A stretch of DNA of 64,000 bases from Planctomycetota bacterium. Its GTDB lineage: Bacteria > Planctomycetota > SZUA-567 > H5-PLA8. The stretch covers positions 32,001-96,000 of the forward strand of contig JBBRPR010000002.1 of NCBI GenBank assembly GCA_038227875.1. Reading direction: 5' to 3'. Under the pieces are notes generated by a model. It was not told the DNA's origin and did not search any database. It saw only the letters and a program-made list of their open reading frames with translations. The position numbers and the translations under genes are program-made. Positions 36,347 through 46,409 of the stretch are shown piece by piece (the first letter of the stretch is position 1; each line of letters starts with the position of its first letter).

Positions 36347-38020
36347 ATGACTTCCGGCGCACATTCTTCAAACGAAAAGCCCGCTCCAAACGAAAAGCCC
36401 GCGTCTCCAAACTCCGGCGGACGCCGCATCGAAATCTTCGATACCACCTTGCGCGACGGCACGCAGAGCGAGCACATCGCCTATTCGCTCACCGATAAAA
36501 TCGATATCGCGCATGAGCTGGATAACCTCGGCGTCGACTACATCGAGGGCGGATGGCCGGGCAGCAATCCCAAGGACATGGCTTTTTTCGATCAAGCCAA
36601 AACGGAAAAGTGGAACCATGCGCGCATCACCGCCTTTGGTTCGACGCGCCACGTCAAGAACAAGCCCGAGGACGATCCGAATCTTAACGCGCTGATCGAC
36701 AGCGGTGCGCCCGTGCTGATCATCTTCGGCAAGAGCTGGGATTTTCAGGTCACCGACGCGCTGCGCGTGAAGCTGGAAGATAATCTCGCCATGATCTCCA
36801 GCAGCTTGAAGCACCTCAGCAAGCACTGCAAAGAGACGCTCTACGACGCCGAGCATTTTTTCGACGGCTATAAGAACAACCCGTCGTACGCGCTCGATTC
36901 GCTCAGCGCGGCCGTTGACGGCGGCGCGCAGTGCTTGATCCTCTGCGACACCAACGGCGGCACGATGCCCAATGAAATCCGCGAGATGGTCAGCGTCGTG
37001 GTGAAGAAGTTCCCGAAGATGCGCGTCGGCATCCACCCGCACAACGACAGCGGCGTCGCCGTCGCCAACGCGCTGGCCGCGATCGAAGCCGGAGCGTCGC
37101 ATGTGCAAGGCACGATCAACGGCTTCGGTGAACGCTGCGGCAACGTCGATCTCGTGCCGGTCATCGCCAACTTGCAGCTCAAGCTGGGACTGACGTGTCT
37201 GAACGGTTCGGAGAGCTTGACCAAGCTCACCGAGATCAGCCGGCACGTCTACGAAGTTGGCAATCTGCCGCCGCGCGACAATCAGCCGTACGTCGGCCGC
37301 AGCGCGTTTGCGCATAAGGGCGGTATTCATGTCAGCGCGGTGAACCGTTCGACGGCGACGTACGAACACATCACGCCGGAAGTCGTCGGCAACTCGCGGC
37401 GTGTGCTGATCAGCGAACTTTCCGGGCGCAGCAATCTCGTCGCGATGGCCGGGAGTAAGTTCGGCCTCAAGGAGCGCCCTGAAGATCTGAAGAAGGTGCT
37501 CGACCGCCTGATGGAACTGGAAAACCAGGGCTACGTTTTTGAGGCCGCCGATGCGAGCTTCGATCTGCTCGTCCGAAAAACGTTGAACACGCACCAGCCG
37601 TTCTTCAATCTTCACGGCTTCCGCGTGATGACGGAAGTCGACGACAAAGGCGTGAGCGTCACGGAAGCGACGGTGAAGCTGGATGTGGGCGGGCAGGTCG
37701 AGCACACCGCCGCCGAAGGCAACGGCCCGGTCAACGCGCTCGACGGCGCGTTGCGCAAGGCTCTCGAGAAGTTCTATCCGGAGGTCGGTGACATCGCGCT
37801 GGTCGACTACAAGGTCCGCGTCTGCAACCCGAAACAGGCGACGCGCGCGACGGTGCTGGTGCTGATCGTTTCGTCCGATCACAAAAACCGTTGGACGACC
37901 GTGGGCGTGAGTGAAAACGTGATCGACGCGAGCTGGCACGCCCTGGTCGATAGCATTGAGTTCAAGCTGTATCAGACGCGCGGGGAAAAGCGCGCGGCAA
38001 GTGTAGCCATGGCAAAATAG
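36347..38020 (+). CDS. cimA: Citramalate synthase (LeuA/CimA family)
   Basis: DTTLRDGTQ, YIEGGWPGSNPKD, DAEHFFDG, HPHND, GERCGN and GNGPVNALD. Confidence 0.9.
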   Translation: MTSGAHSSNEKPAPNEKPASPNSGGRRIEIFDTTLRDGTQSEHIAYSLTDKIDIAHELDNLGVDYIEGGWPGSNPKDMAFFDQAKTEKWNHARITAFGSTRHVKNKPEDDPNLNALIDSGAPVLIIFGKSWDFQVTDALRVKLEDNLAMISSSLKHLSKHCKETLYDAEHFFDGYKNNPSYALDSLSAAVDGGAQCLILCDTNGGTMPNEIREMVSVVVKKFPKMRVGIHPHNDSGVAVANALAAIEAGASHVQGTINGFGERCGNVDLVPVIANLQLKLGLTCLNGSESLTKLTEISRHVYEVGNLPPRDNQPYVGRSAFAHKGGIHVSAVNRSTATYEHITPEVVGNSRRVLISELSGRSNLVAMAGSKFGLKERPEDLKKVLDRLMELENQGYVFEAADASFDLLVRKTLNTHQPFFNLHGFRVMTEVDDKGVSVTEATVKLDVGGQVEHTAAEGNGPVNALDGALRKALEKFYPEVGDIALVDYKVRVCNPKQATRATVLVLIVSSDHKNRWTTVGVSENVIDASWHALVDSIEFKLYQTRGEKRAASVAMAK

Positions 38021-38022
38021 TT

Positions 38023-38094
38023 ATGAACGATGATTGATGATTGATGAATGAGGGCGACCCGGATTCATCAATCATCAATCATAATTCATCGTTC
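38023..38094. repeat. Inverted repeat built of ATGATTG heptamers
   Basis: ATGATTGATGATTGATGAAT (38030-38049) is perfectly complementary to 38063-38082; degenerate units extend both arms. Confidence 0.9.
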
Positions 38095-38115
38095 TCCCGT
38101 CTTGGAATTCGAACG

Positions 38116-39348
38116 ATGACTCCACCCCTCACCCGCTCCATTGCCCACGTCGACCTCGACCAATTCTACGCCGCCGTTGAAATCCTCGACTTTCCCGAAC
38201 TGAAAGGCCTTCCGCTGATTGTCGGCGGCCGGCCTGACAGCCGCGGCGTCGTCTGCACGGCCAGTTACGAAGCGCGCAAGTTCGGCGTGCATTCGGCGAT
38301 GTCCAGCGCGCAGGCGGCGAGGCTCTGTCCGCAGGCCACGTGGCGGCCGCCGCGTATGTCGCGCTACGCCGAGAAATCGCGCGAGGTGCTTGCCGTCTTC
38401 GAGCGCTTCACCGACGACATCGAACCGCTCTCGCTTGACGAAGCGTTTTTGGATCTGACCGGCTCGATCCAGCTCTTTGGGCCGGCCGAACAGATTGCGC
38501 GACGCATCAAGGACGAAATCTACCGCGACACGCAACTGGTTGCGTCGGTGGGGCTGGCGATGAATAAGTACCTTGCCAAGGTCGCGAGCGATTTGAAAAA
38601 GCCCAACGGTTTCGTCATCGTGCCGCCGGGGTTGCAGGCCGCGCGGGAATTTCTCGCGCCGCTGCCGGCCTCGCGGCTGTGGGGCGCCGGGCCGAAGACC
38701 ACGGCGCGACTGGAGGAATTTGGCCTTCGCACCATCGGCCAGATTGCGTCTGCCGATGCCGACTGGCTGGCGCGGCGCATCGGGCAGCAGGCGGCAGAGC
38801 ATCTCATCGCGCTGGCCAACGGCGAAGACGATCGCGACGTGGACAGCAGCGGCGGCCAGAAATCGATCGGACGTGAGAACACTTTCGCGCAGGATTTGCA
38901 TGAGCTCGACACGATGGAAAAAGAGCTGCTCGGTTTCGCCGATGAAGTCGCGGCGCGTCTGCGCCACAAGAAAATCCGGGCCGCGGGCATGGCGCTGAAA
39001 GTCCGCTTCAGCGATTTTTCGCGCATCAGCCGCGCGTACACGTTCGACGAGCCCGTCGATCTGGCCGAGCCGCTCTACAAAGCCGCGTGCGAGCTGCTCC
39101 GCACGCGCGTGAATTTTGGCGGGCGCGGCGTGCGGTTGCTGGGCATCGCGGCAACGCGATTGATGAACATCGAAGACGTTACCGGCACGCTCTTCACCGA
39201 TGAGGACGCGACTCGCAAGCGCAGCGTGGCGAAAGCCATCGACCATTTGCGCGCGCGCTTCGGCGACGATTCGATCACCCGCGGCCGCCTCCTCGAAGGC
39301 CGCGAGCGCAACACCGGCACGCCCACCGACCGCAAGCCCAACGAGTAA
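38116..39348 (+). CDS. dinB: DNA polymerase IV
   Basis: HVDLDQFYAAVE, SYEARKFGV, SLDEAFLD, KVASDLKKPNG and KSIGRENTF. Confidence 0.95.
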   Translation: MTPPLTRSIAHVDLDQFYAAVEILDFPELKGLPLIVGGRPDSRGVVCTASYEARKFGVHSAMSSAQAARLCPQATWRPPRMSRYAEKSREVLAVFERFTDDIEPLSLDEAFLDLTGSIQLFGPAEQIARRIKDEIYRDTQLVASVGLAMNKYLAKVASDLKKPNGFVIVPPGLQAAREFLAPLPASRLWGAGPKTTARLEEFGLRTIGQIASADADWLARRIGQQAAEHLIALANGEDDRDVDSSGGQKSIGRENTFAQDLHELDTMEKELLGFADEVAARLRHKKIRAAGMALKVRFSDFSRISRAYTFDEPVDLAEPLYKAACELLRTRVNFGGRGVRLLGIAATRLMNIEDVTGTLFTDEDATRKRSVAKAIDHLRARFGDDSITRGRLLEGRERNTGTPTDRKPNE

Positions 39349-39397
39349 CTCCTGTCGTGGAACCCCATTTCAATTGAGTTACAGTCACGACCACATC

Positions 39398-39730
39398 ATG
39401 CCGCCCCTCCAACGCCGCACGCTCGCCACCTGCATTTTCGCGCTCGCGTTCATCCTCTTTTACGAGGCGCGCGGGGAGCGGCTTGTCTCGGGCGAGCGTC
39501 AGGCGGCGGACTCGTATGAGCTCGCGACGCAACATTATTGGGAGCAGACCGGCGCGGGAATTTTTGTGGTCTGCATCGGCACGCTTCTGGTTGCAACGCT
39601 CCGGCGTCCCGGCCACAATCCCATCTATACGGCGCCCGAACTGGCCGTCTACGCGCTCGCGTTCGGCGCCTTGCTGGGCACCGCCGTGGTGAGTTGGTTG
39701 ATCGTCGAGAAACTGCGCAATGGCGTCTGA
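39398..39730 (+). CDS. Small hypothetical membrane protein
   Basis: Three hydrophobic segments; overlaps the recQ start. Confidence 0.55.
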   Translation: MPPLQRRTLATCIFALAFILFYEARGERLVSGERQAADSYELATQHYWEQTGAGIFVVCIGTLLVATLRRPGHNPIYTAPELAVYALAFGALLGTAVVSWLIVEKLRNGV

Positions 39731-41987
39731 CAAAGTGAACGAATCCCAGGACGCGGCGACGGAGACGGATGCCAGCGACGAATCGCCGTTGCGTATTCTG
39801 CTCAAAGAATTCTTCGGCTTCAAAAGTTTCCGCCCGCTGCAGGAAGAGATTGTCACCGACGCGCTCTCCGGCCGCGACGTGCTGGCCGTGCTGCCGACCG
39901 GCGGCGGCAAGTCGCTCTGCTTCCAGCTTCCGGCGCTCGCCCGGGACGGACTGACCGTCGTCATTTCGCCGCTGATTGCGCTGATGAAAGACCAGGTCGA
40001 CGCGCTGCTCTCGATGGGCATCAACGCAACGTTCTTGAATTCGACGCTCGATGGCTACGATGCCCGCGCGCGCATTCAGGATATCGAGCAGGGGCTCTGC
40101 CGGTTGCTGTACGTCGCGCCCGAACGACTGATGCAGCCGGGAATGCTCGCGGCGCTGCAACGTTGGAACGTCAAGATGTTCGCCGTCGACGAGGCGCACT
40201 GTGTCAGCGAGTGGGGCCACGATTTCCGGCCGGAGTACCGGCAGATTTCGACGCTGCGCGCGCAGTTTCCGAGCGTGCCGATGATGGCGCTGACGGCCAC
40301 GGCCACACCGCGCGTCCAGGACGACATCGTCAAGGCGCTGAAACTCAACAAGCCCAGTCGCTACGTCGCGAGCTTCAACCGGCCGAATCTGGCGTACCGC
40401 GTGATTGGAAAAAAAGACGCGTTCGATCAGGTGCTGGAGTTCATTAAATCCAAACCGCACGAATGTGGCATCATCTACTGCCACAGCCGCAAGAGCTCCG
40501 AGCAAGTTGCCGATGATCTGCGCGCCAATGGCGTCAAGGCTGCGCCATATCACGCCGGCATGGAGAATGACGCGCGTTCGCGAAATCAGGAATTATTTCT
40601 GCGCGACGAAGTGAATGTGATCTGCGCGACCATTGCATTCGGCATGGGTATCAACAAACCCAATGTCCGCTACGTGATTCACTACGACCTGCCGAAGAAC
40701 ATCGAAGGCTACTATCAGGAAACCGGTCGCGCGGGACGCGACGGTCTGCCGTCGGACTGCCTGCTGTTGCTCAGTCGCGGCGACGTCGCCAAGCAGATGC
40801 GCTTCATCGACGAGAAGCCCAGCCAGCAGGAGCAGGATCTGGCCCGCAAGCAGCTCTGGAAAATGGTGGAGTACGCGGAAGGGACCACCTGCCGTCGCGC
40901 ATTTCTGCTCGGCTACTTCGGCGAGAATTTCACGGAGATTCCCTGTGGCGGCTGCGACAACTGCAACGCGCCGCGCGAAACGTACGACGGCACCATCGAC
41001 GCACAGAAATTTCTGTCGTGCATCTACCGCATCAAGGAACGCAATCCGTCGTTCGGCGCGGGCATGAAGTACTGCATCGATATCCTGACCGGCGCCGAGA
41101 ACGACCTGATCCGCGGCTGGGAGCACCAGACGCTGTCGACGTACGGCATTGGCAAGGATAAGAGCAAAGACGAGTGGCAGTCGGTCGCGCGGCAATTGAT
41201 CCATGGCGGTTACCTGCGCGAAAAACAGGACGGCAAGTACACGCGCCTGGAGATCACGACCACGGGCCGCGATGTATTGATGAAGAAGGCGACGGTGATG
41301 ATCGCCAAGCCGGCGCAGGCGAAAGCGGTCGAGAAGTCCAAGCCGTCCAAAGCCGACCGTGCCAGCCGTGGCGAAATCGAATGCGACGAAACCCTGTTCG
41401 AGCGGCTGCGCGAATTGCGCAAGCGCCTCGCCGACGAACGCGACGTGCCGGCGTACATTGTCTTTTCCGACGTCTCGCTGCGGCAGATGTCGCGCGATTA
41501 TCCGACACACGACAGCGAATTTGCGCGCATCAGCGGCGTTGGCGAAAAGAAGCGCCAGGAATTTGGCGCGGCGTTCATGGGCGAGATCGCGGAATACCTG
41601 AAGACGAACACCGCCAAATCCTTTGATGCGTTGCCCGCCGCGGCGCCTGCCACCACGGTGAAGCGCGGTTTGAATTCCACGGCGCGCCAGACGCTGAAGA
41701 TGTTCCAGGACGGCCAGCGCGTCGATGACATCATCAGTGAACGCGAACTGGCGGCGTCGACCATCTACGGACATCTCACCGATGCGATCGAAGCCGGCGA
41801 GAAAATCGACATCGATAATCTCCTCACTGCCGAACAGAGAATGGAGATTGCTGCCGTTTTCGAGAAAGTCGGGACGTTTAATCTTACCGGCGCGCTCGAA
41901 TTGCTCGGCGGCAAGGACGGGCCGTATCACTTCGGTCATCTGAAAGTATTCCGGGCGTGGCTCGACAAAAATAAACCTCTTGCATAG
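39720..41987 (+). CDS. recQ: ATP-dependent DNA helicase RecQ (RQC, HRDC, C-terminal HTH)
   Basis: PTGGGKSLCFQ, DEAHCVSEWGHDFRPEY, QETGRAGRDG, Zn-binding CRR...CGGCDNC and HRDC VPAYIVFSD. Confidence 0.96.
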   Translation: MASDKVNESQDAATETDASDESPLRILLKEFFGFKSFRPLQEEIVTDALSGRDVLAVLPTGGGKSLCFQLPALARDGLTVVISPLIALMKDQVDALLSMGINATFLNSTLDGYDARARIQDIEQGLCRLLYVAPERLMQPGMLAALQRWNVKMFAVDEAHCVSEWGHDFRPEYRQISTLRAQFPSVPMMALTATATPRVQDDIVKALKLNKPSRYVASFNRPNLAYRVIGKKDAFDQVLEFIKSKPHECGIIYCHSRKSSEQVADDLRANGVKAAPYHAGMENDARSRNQELFLRDEVNVICATIAFGMGINKPNVRYVIHYDLPKNIEGYYQETGRAGRDGLPSDCLLLLSRGDVAKQMRFIDEKPSQQEQDLARKQLWKMVEYAEGTTCRRAFLLGYFGENFTEIPCGGCDNCNAPRETYDGTIDAQKFLSCIYRIKERNPSFGAGMKYCIDILTGAENDLIRGWEHQTLSTYGIGKDKSKDEWQSVARQLIHGGYLREKQDGKYTRLEITTTGRDVLMKKATVMIAKPAQAKAVEKSKPSKADRASRGEIECDETLFERLRELRKRLADERDVPAYIVFSDVSLRQMSRDYPTHDSEFARISGVGEKKRQEFGAAFMGEIAEYLKTNTAKSFDALPAAAPATTVKRGLNSTARQTLKMFQDGQRVDDIISERELAASTIYGHLTDAIEAGEKIDIDNLLTAEQRMEIAAVFEKVGTFNLTGALELLGGKDGPYHFGHLKVFRAWLDKNKPLA

Positions 41988-42107
41988 CGCGTTGACCTGC
42001 GAGATGCGCCCGCTAGTCTGCTGATTCCACACTTCTTGATCACTCAGACCAAAATCCAACCGGGGCTGGCGTCCCCCGTGGATTCAGCATGGAAAGTTGA
42101 GCTTCTC

Positions 42108-42791
42108 ATGAGCAAGATTCACTTCATCGGCGGCGAAAAGGGCGGCGTGGGCAAGTCGGTGGTCTCGCGGCTGCTGGCGCAGTATTGCATCGACAAGACC
42201 TTGCCGTTCACCGTCGTCGATGCCGACCGCTCGCACGGCGCGATGGCGCGTTTTTATTCGGACTTCACCAAGACCGGTGATCTCGATCGCTTCGAAACGA
42301 CCGACCACATCATGCAGCTGGCGTTGGATCTCGATCAGCGCGTGATCGTCGATCTGCCCGCCCAGAGCGATCGATTTGTGCGCAAATGGATGGAGCAGAA
42401 CGGCATCGTCGAACTGGCCGCGGAGAGCTCGGTGCCGCTGGTGTTCTGGCACGTGATGGATTCTGGCCGTGATTCCATCGTGCTGCTGCAGGGATTGTTC
42501 AACACGTACGGTTCGACGGTGAACTACTGCATCGTCAAGAATCTCGGCCGCGGCGGCGACTTCAGCGCGTTCGAAAACTCAGATGCCCGTAAACAGGCGG
42601 AACAGTTCAATGCCACGATCTTGACGCTCGATGAGCTCCATGAGCCGACAATGCAGAAGATCGACACGCTTAACGCGAGTTTTTGGTCGGCCGCAAACAA
42701 CGCGAAAGTGGGGCTGGGACTGATTGAACGCCACCGCGTGAAGGTGTGGCTGCGCAACGCGTACAAGGAGTTCGAACGCGCAGGAGCCTAG
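42108..42791 (+). CDS. MinD/ParA-type P-loop NTPase (MobD-like)
   Basis: IHFIGGEKGGVGKS deviant Walker A, VDAD and VDLPAQ. Confidence 0.75.
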   Translation: MSKIHFIGGEKGGVGKSVVSRLLAQYCIDKTLPFTVVDADRSHGAMARFYSDFTKTGDLDRFETTDHIMQLALDLDQRVIVDLPAQSDRFVRKWMEQNGIVELAAESSVPLVFWHVMDSGRDSIVLLQGLFNTYGSTVNYCIVKNLGRGGDFSAFENSDARKQAEQFNATILTLDELHEPTMQKIDTLNASFWSAANNAKVGLGLIERHRVKVWLRNAYKEFERAGA

Positions 42792-42829
42792 CCCGTTAAA
42801 AAAGTCTATTTGTCGTCGCGAAAAATCTG

Positions 42830-42982
42830 CTATCGCCGGCCGTCGCCGCCGCTGCGCATAATCGCGCCGCCGGCCAGCATGGTCAGATAACCCGCCAGCG
42901 GAAACGTGCGGAAAAAGCCGATCACGTTTCCAGCAAATAGGAAAATACCGAGCACGAAGACCAATCCGCCGACGAGTTTCAT
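42830..42982 (-). CDS. 50-aa small membrane protein (not in the ORF track)
   Basis: MKLVGGLVFVLGIFLFAGNVIGFFRTFPLAGYLTMLAGGAIMRSGGDGRR; AGGAG SD upstream of the ATG. Confidence 0.7.
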   Translation of the reverse strand: MKLVGGLVFVLGIFLFAGNVIGFFRTFPLAGYLTMLAGGAIMRSGGDGRR

Positions 42983-43106
42983 GGGCGTGTTCTCCTATAA
43001 TATAGCAATGCGCGTCAGGAACATGTGCGCAGTGTCGCAGCTTGTAACAACATGTTAAGATAGGGATTAACTATGCAACTTAAGTGCCGGTGGAAGCAGG
43101 GATGAA

Positions 43107-44924
43107 CTATGCGAGCATCTCGAATGTGAATTTGCCAATCACCTGCGTGGAAGGCTGCGACGTGGTCAGGCGCACGCGTTGAACCACGATTGGCTCATGC
43201 CCGTGCGTGTGCGAGGGAATGGCTTCGCACGCGGCGGTGAACTGCGCCGGATCGAATGTCATCGCGACAGCGCCGCGCGCGCCACGCCATGTGATCTTGC
43301 CTCGCTCCAGAGTCGGCTGCACCAGGCTGATGAACACTTCTTGCAATTCGCGTGGAGCGGAATTGAAGTCGAAGCTGTCGGTGAGTTCCAGACTGGCCTT
43401 CGCCGCGGAGTGCGTCCAGCGGAACGTACGCTCCAATCGTTTCAGGTTGGGTACCGCGTACGCTTTCGTCAGATCCAATTTGAAATCAATCCCGTCGGCT
43501 CGGGTTTCACGCGCGAGAATTTTGGCCTCGAACTGGCGCCCGGCTTTCTGCGGCTGACCATCGATCAATGGGACGGAATGGCCCTCGGAGCCGTTGTGAA
43601 TCAAGTTGTAGCGATTGGGGCCGAAGTAGTCGCGCGTGTACACGCCGGCGCCCAGGTCCACGAGCAGGCTGTCGCCGCCTGCGTGGAGAATGAAATGGCC
43701 CAGGTCGTTCTGGTTATGCGGTTCGGCGTTGTGGCCGCCACGGGCTGAGAAGCCGATCGGTACGCCATTGAGTGTGCGGCGGTCGAGCACCCAGCCCAAG
43801 TCATCGAACACGAACGTTCCCGGCGGCGTGAGTTTGCCCAGCAGCGCGGGATTGGTCCAGAATAGGTTGCGCGTGACGTGCGGCCAGCGGTAGCAGTGAT
43901 CGAAATGAAACGACGGCACCCGCGGTGATTCGGGCACCGCGACGCCCAGGCGCGCGGATAGCCGCGAAATCAGTCCGGTGGCGATCTCCATGCGCATGAC
44001 GCCGTCGGAGAAATTCACAAAGTTTCCACCGGAGAGGCTCATGCCCGCCGGGAAATTGGCGATGTTCCTGATTTTCTCACCGCTGAGCAGATCGATTTTG
44101 CCGCGGGTGAATTCATGGAGCATTTCCGCGAAGTAGACGTAGTAGCCAAAACCGTATTGCCAGTAGCCGACGCCTTCCGCGCAGCCTCCGTCGGCCCCGA
44201 AACCTTCGAGAAAGCATTCCATCGCGCTGCAGCAGCGATCCATCATGCCCGCCAGCCGTTCGCGGTTGGTTTCAAGCAGCAATGCGGCCATACCCACGGC
44301 ACCGGCGCAGACGGCCGACCAGTTCGTCGGAGTCGATTCCCAATGAAAGTGGACGGCATCGTTGAAGAGCGGCTTGAAAATCCGGCGCTCGATTTCGCGG
44401 CGCGTACGTTCGTTCACCGCCTTCTCAAGGCGTCCGCCGAGCAGTGTCAGCGTTTCGGCCAGAGCGTGTGCGGTTTCCGCGGCGAAGAGGTCGACGCGTT
44501 CCTCGATCGGGAGGCGATTGTCCTGCGCGTGGGCGGGCACACACCACGTTACTTCGTCGCAGATCGCCCAGATCGAATCTTGTATCAAGGCGAGGTGTTC
44601 ATCGGTGGCATCAATGACAGAGACGAGCACCAACCCCGGCAATCGTCCGCGGCGTGCGAAATACGGGCGCTCGTATTCGATGCGTGAACCGGCCGTCTCG
44701 TACAATCGCCAGAGCGAATAGGGCAGGGCGGGAATGGGCTCGGTGTGCGCGCGCTGAGCTTCCGCGCGGACTTCTCGCAAGTATTCCTGGAAATGAGGTG
44801 CCTCACGCAGCGCTTTCAGGCGCTCCGCGGTCAACCCTTCTCCAAAGGGAAAACCAGAGGAAGGCTTGGCGTCGCGGAGGGCTTCGCGAAGACTGCGGAA
44901 ACTGGGAATCGCGGCGTGAATCAT
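43107..44924 (-). CDS. Heparinase II/III-like polysaccharide lyase family protein
   Basis: NWSAVC, DGGCAEGVGYWQYG, NFSD, HNQNDLGHF, DLGAGVY and HSVP. ATG 44924 preferred over the track start at 45002. Confidence 0.85.
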   Translation of the reverse strand: MIHAAIPSFRSLREALRDAKPSSGFPFGEGLTAERLKALREAPHFQEYLREVRAEAQRAHTEPIPALPYSLWRLYETAGSRIEYERPYFARRGRLPGLVLVSVIDATDEHLALIQDSIWAICDEVTWCVPAHAQDNRLPIEERVDLFAAETAHALAETLTLLGGRLEKAVNERTRREIERRIFKPLFNDAVHFHWESTPTNWSAVCAGAVGMAALLLETNRERLAGMMDRCCSAMECFLEGFGADGGCAEGVGYWQYGFGYYVYFAEMLHEFTRGKIDLLSGEKIRNIANFPAGMSLSGGNFVNFSDGVMRMEIATGLISRLSARLGVAVPESPRVPSFHFDHCYRWPHVTRNLFWTNPALLGKLTPPGTFVFDDLGWVLDRRTLNGVPIGFSARGGHNAEPHNQNDLGHFILHAGGDSLLVDLGAGVYTRDYFGPNRYNLIHNGSEGHSVPLIDGQPQKAGRQFEAKILARETRADGIDFKLDLTKAYAVPNLKRLERTFRWTHSAAKASLELTDSFDFNSAPRELQEVFISLVQPTLERGKITWRGARGAVAMTFDPAQFTAACEAIPSHTHGHEPIVVQRVRLTTSQPSTQVIGKFTFEMLA

Positions 44925-44969
44925 GGGTGAACTCGCAGGCAATGTGAGAAGCAGGACGTAGACGTCGAA

Positions 44970-45016
44970 GAAAAGAAAAAGGCGGGTATTGAGGTTAGTC
45001 AATACCCGCCTTCTTT
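44970..45016 (-). terminator. Rho-independent terminator (probably bidirectional)
   Basis: AAGGCGGGTATTGA-GGTTAG-TCAATACCCGCCTT 14-bp stem with an A-tract on the left, downstream of the 45041-45706 gene. Confidence 0.88.
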
Positions 45017-45040
45017 ATACGTCTGATTGTCGACTACAGT

Positions 45041-45706
45041 TTAGAAGACAATCTTGCCCTTGCTGAACGTTCCGACGAAGGTCGCGCTGCCGAGCTTGAG
45101 CGTGAAGCCCGTGATGCCCGTGCCAGCCTTCGTATCGCCGAACGCAGGGACCTGGTTTCTGCCCTTGGTCACGAGCGGGAGCTTGGCGACGCCGGCATCA
45201 ACCTGCGAACCGGTGAAGATGAACTTGAACTTGTTCTTGGAGGCAACACCCTGGACAGCGGTGAAGGTGTTCTTGGTCTTGAACGACTTGGCCGTCACGA
45301 CTCCCTTGTTGCTCACCTTGACTGTATAGGTGATCGGGAAGGTGTTTGTGTTGCCGTTCGTCGTGATGACGTTGGTGTTCGACGTCGAGAAGAAGACGAT
45401 CGACGCATTGGCGTTCGTGGTCAGCGTGCCGGAATTGGCATTGCTGGTGTACACGGCGATCTGTTCATTCATCGTAACCGGAACGGCGGACTTGCCCTTA
45501 CCCGTGTCTTTAGCGGATAGGCTCAGCAACGAATAGAAATCGAAGCCGCCGCCCTGAATGGTGATCGAGCTGCCGGCAGCAACATTACCCTTACCCAGCT
45601 TCAGGGTCGCCTTATAGTTCGGCGAAGTATTCGCCGCCTGGACTCCGCTGCAGCACAGAACCAACAGAGCAACACCAACGACACTGGCCAAATGTTTTCG
45701 AATCAC
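45041..45706 (-). CDS. Secreted Lys/Thr/Gly-rich basic beta-protein (hypothetical)
   Basis: Signal peptide ending VQA; GAGGAG SD; own strong terminator; C-terminal Phe. Confidence 0.8.
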   Translation of the reverse strand: MIRKHLASVVGVALLVLCCSGVQAANTSPNYKATLKLGKGNVAAGSSITIQGGGFDFYSLLSLSAKDTGKGKSAVPVTMNEQIAVYTSNANSGTLTTNANASIVFFSTSNTNVITTNGNTNTFPITYTVKVSNKGVVTAKSFKTKNTFTAVQGVASKNKFKFIFTGSQVDAGVAKLPLVTKGRNQVPAFGDTKAGTGITGFTLKLGSATFVGTFSKGKIVF

Positions 45707-46409
45707 AGCAGACTCCTCTGGTCTAGGGTTTCAATTCCACATTTACTAACAGGATTGTGATAAATTATGCCGTCAGGGTTCACACGAAACAAGCAAATTT
45801 TAAAAGATTTCGCGTCTTCTTCGCAAAGCTAGTGGTTAATTCTATATTCCAGTGATTGATTCTGAGTCACTTCTTAAAAGACTGCTACGGGCAAGTGTTT
45901 CCATGAAAACTGCGGCTCTTCTAAAATGCGCTTTGCGGCAATTCTGAGTCAGTTCGGCGAACCTCACGAAAAATAATTTCTTAACTTTGTGTGACTACCC
46001 CGCCCCTCACGTTGCGATGTCAGCGCCGCGTCTCAGGCTCGATTTACCTATGAAAATTTGAGCGAATGCGGGCGCCGACACGGAGACTCGAAAGCAAACG
46101 CCTGGAATTGTTAAAACTTTTTGAAGCTGCGCCGAATGTTAGCAGGCGCGTCTGGGTTATAGAGAAGCATGAGTGGCAATATCAGGCAGGTTGGTCAATT
46201 TAGATTGCGCTAAGAGCCGAAATTAAGCAAATATTTGGCCGTCTTATAGACAATAAAGTTCGCCCGAGTTCCCGGTTCATCATGAAGAATCACTTTATTG
46301 GGTCAAAAAGTTGGAACGATATAATCGAAGACCTCGTAAGGGAAGACGTTCGATCCCGCCGTGAATCATCCGCTCTCAGGATATCCACGGCGGGTCGTGA
46401 ACGTGCGAT

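Noticed and set aside
36369..36402. 18-bp-period duplication in the cimA N-terminus (NEKPAP NEKPAS)
   Set aside because: Real, but a trivial duplication in a likely disordered leader.
45726..45742. GTTTCAATTCCAC resembling the start of a CRISPR repeat
   Set aside because: Single copy, no array.
46355..46394. GC-rich hairpin downstream of the 46410-46682 gene as a terminator
   Set aside because: The stem is present but there is no U-tract on either strand; left uncalled.
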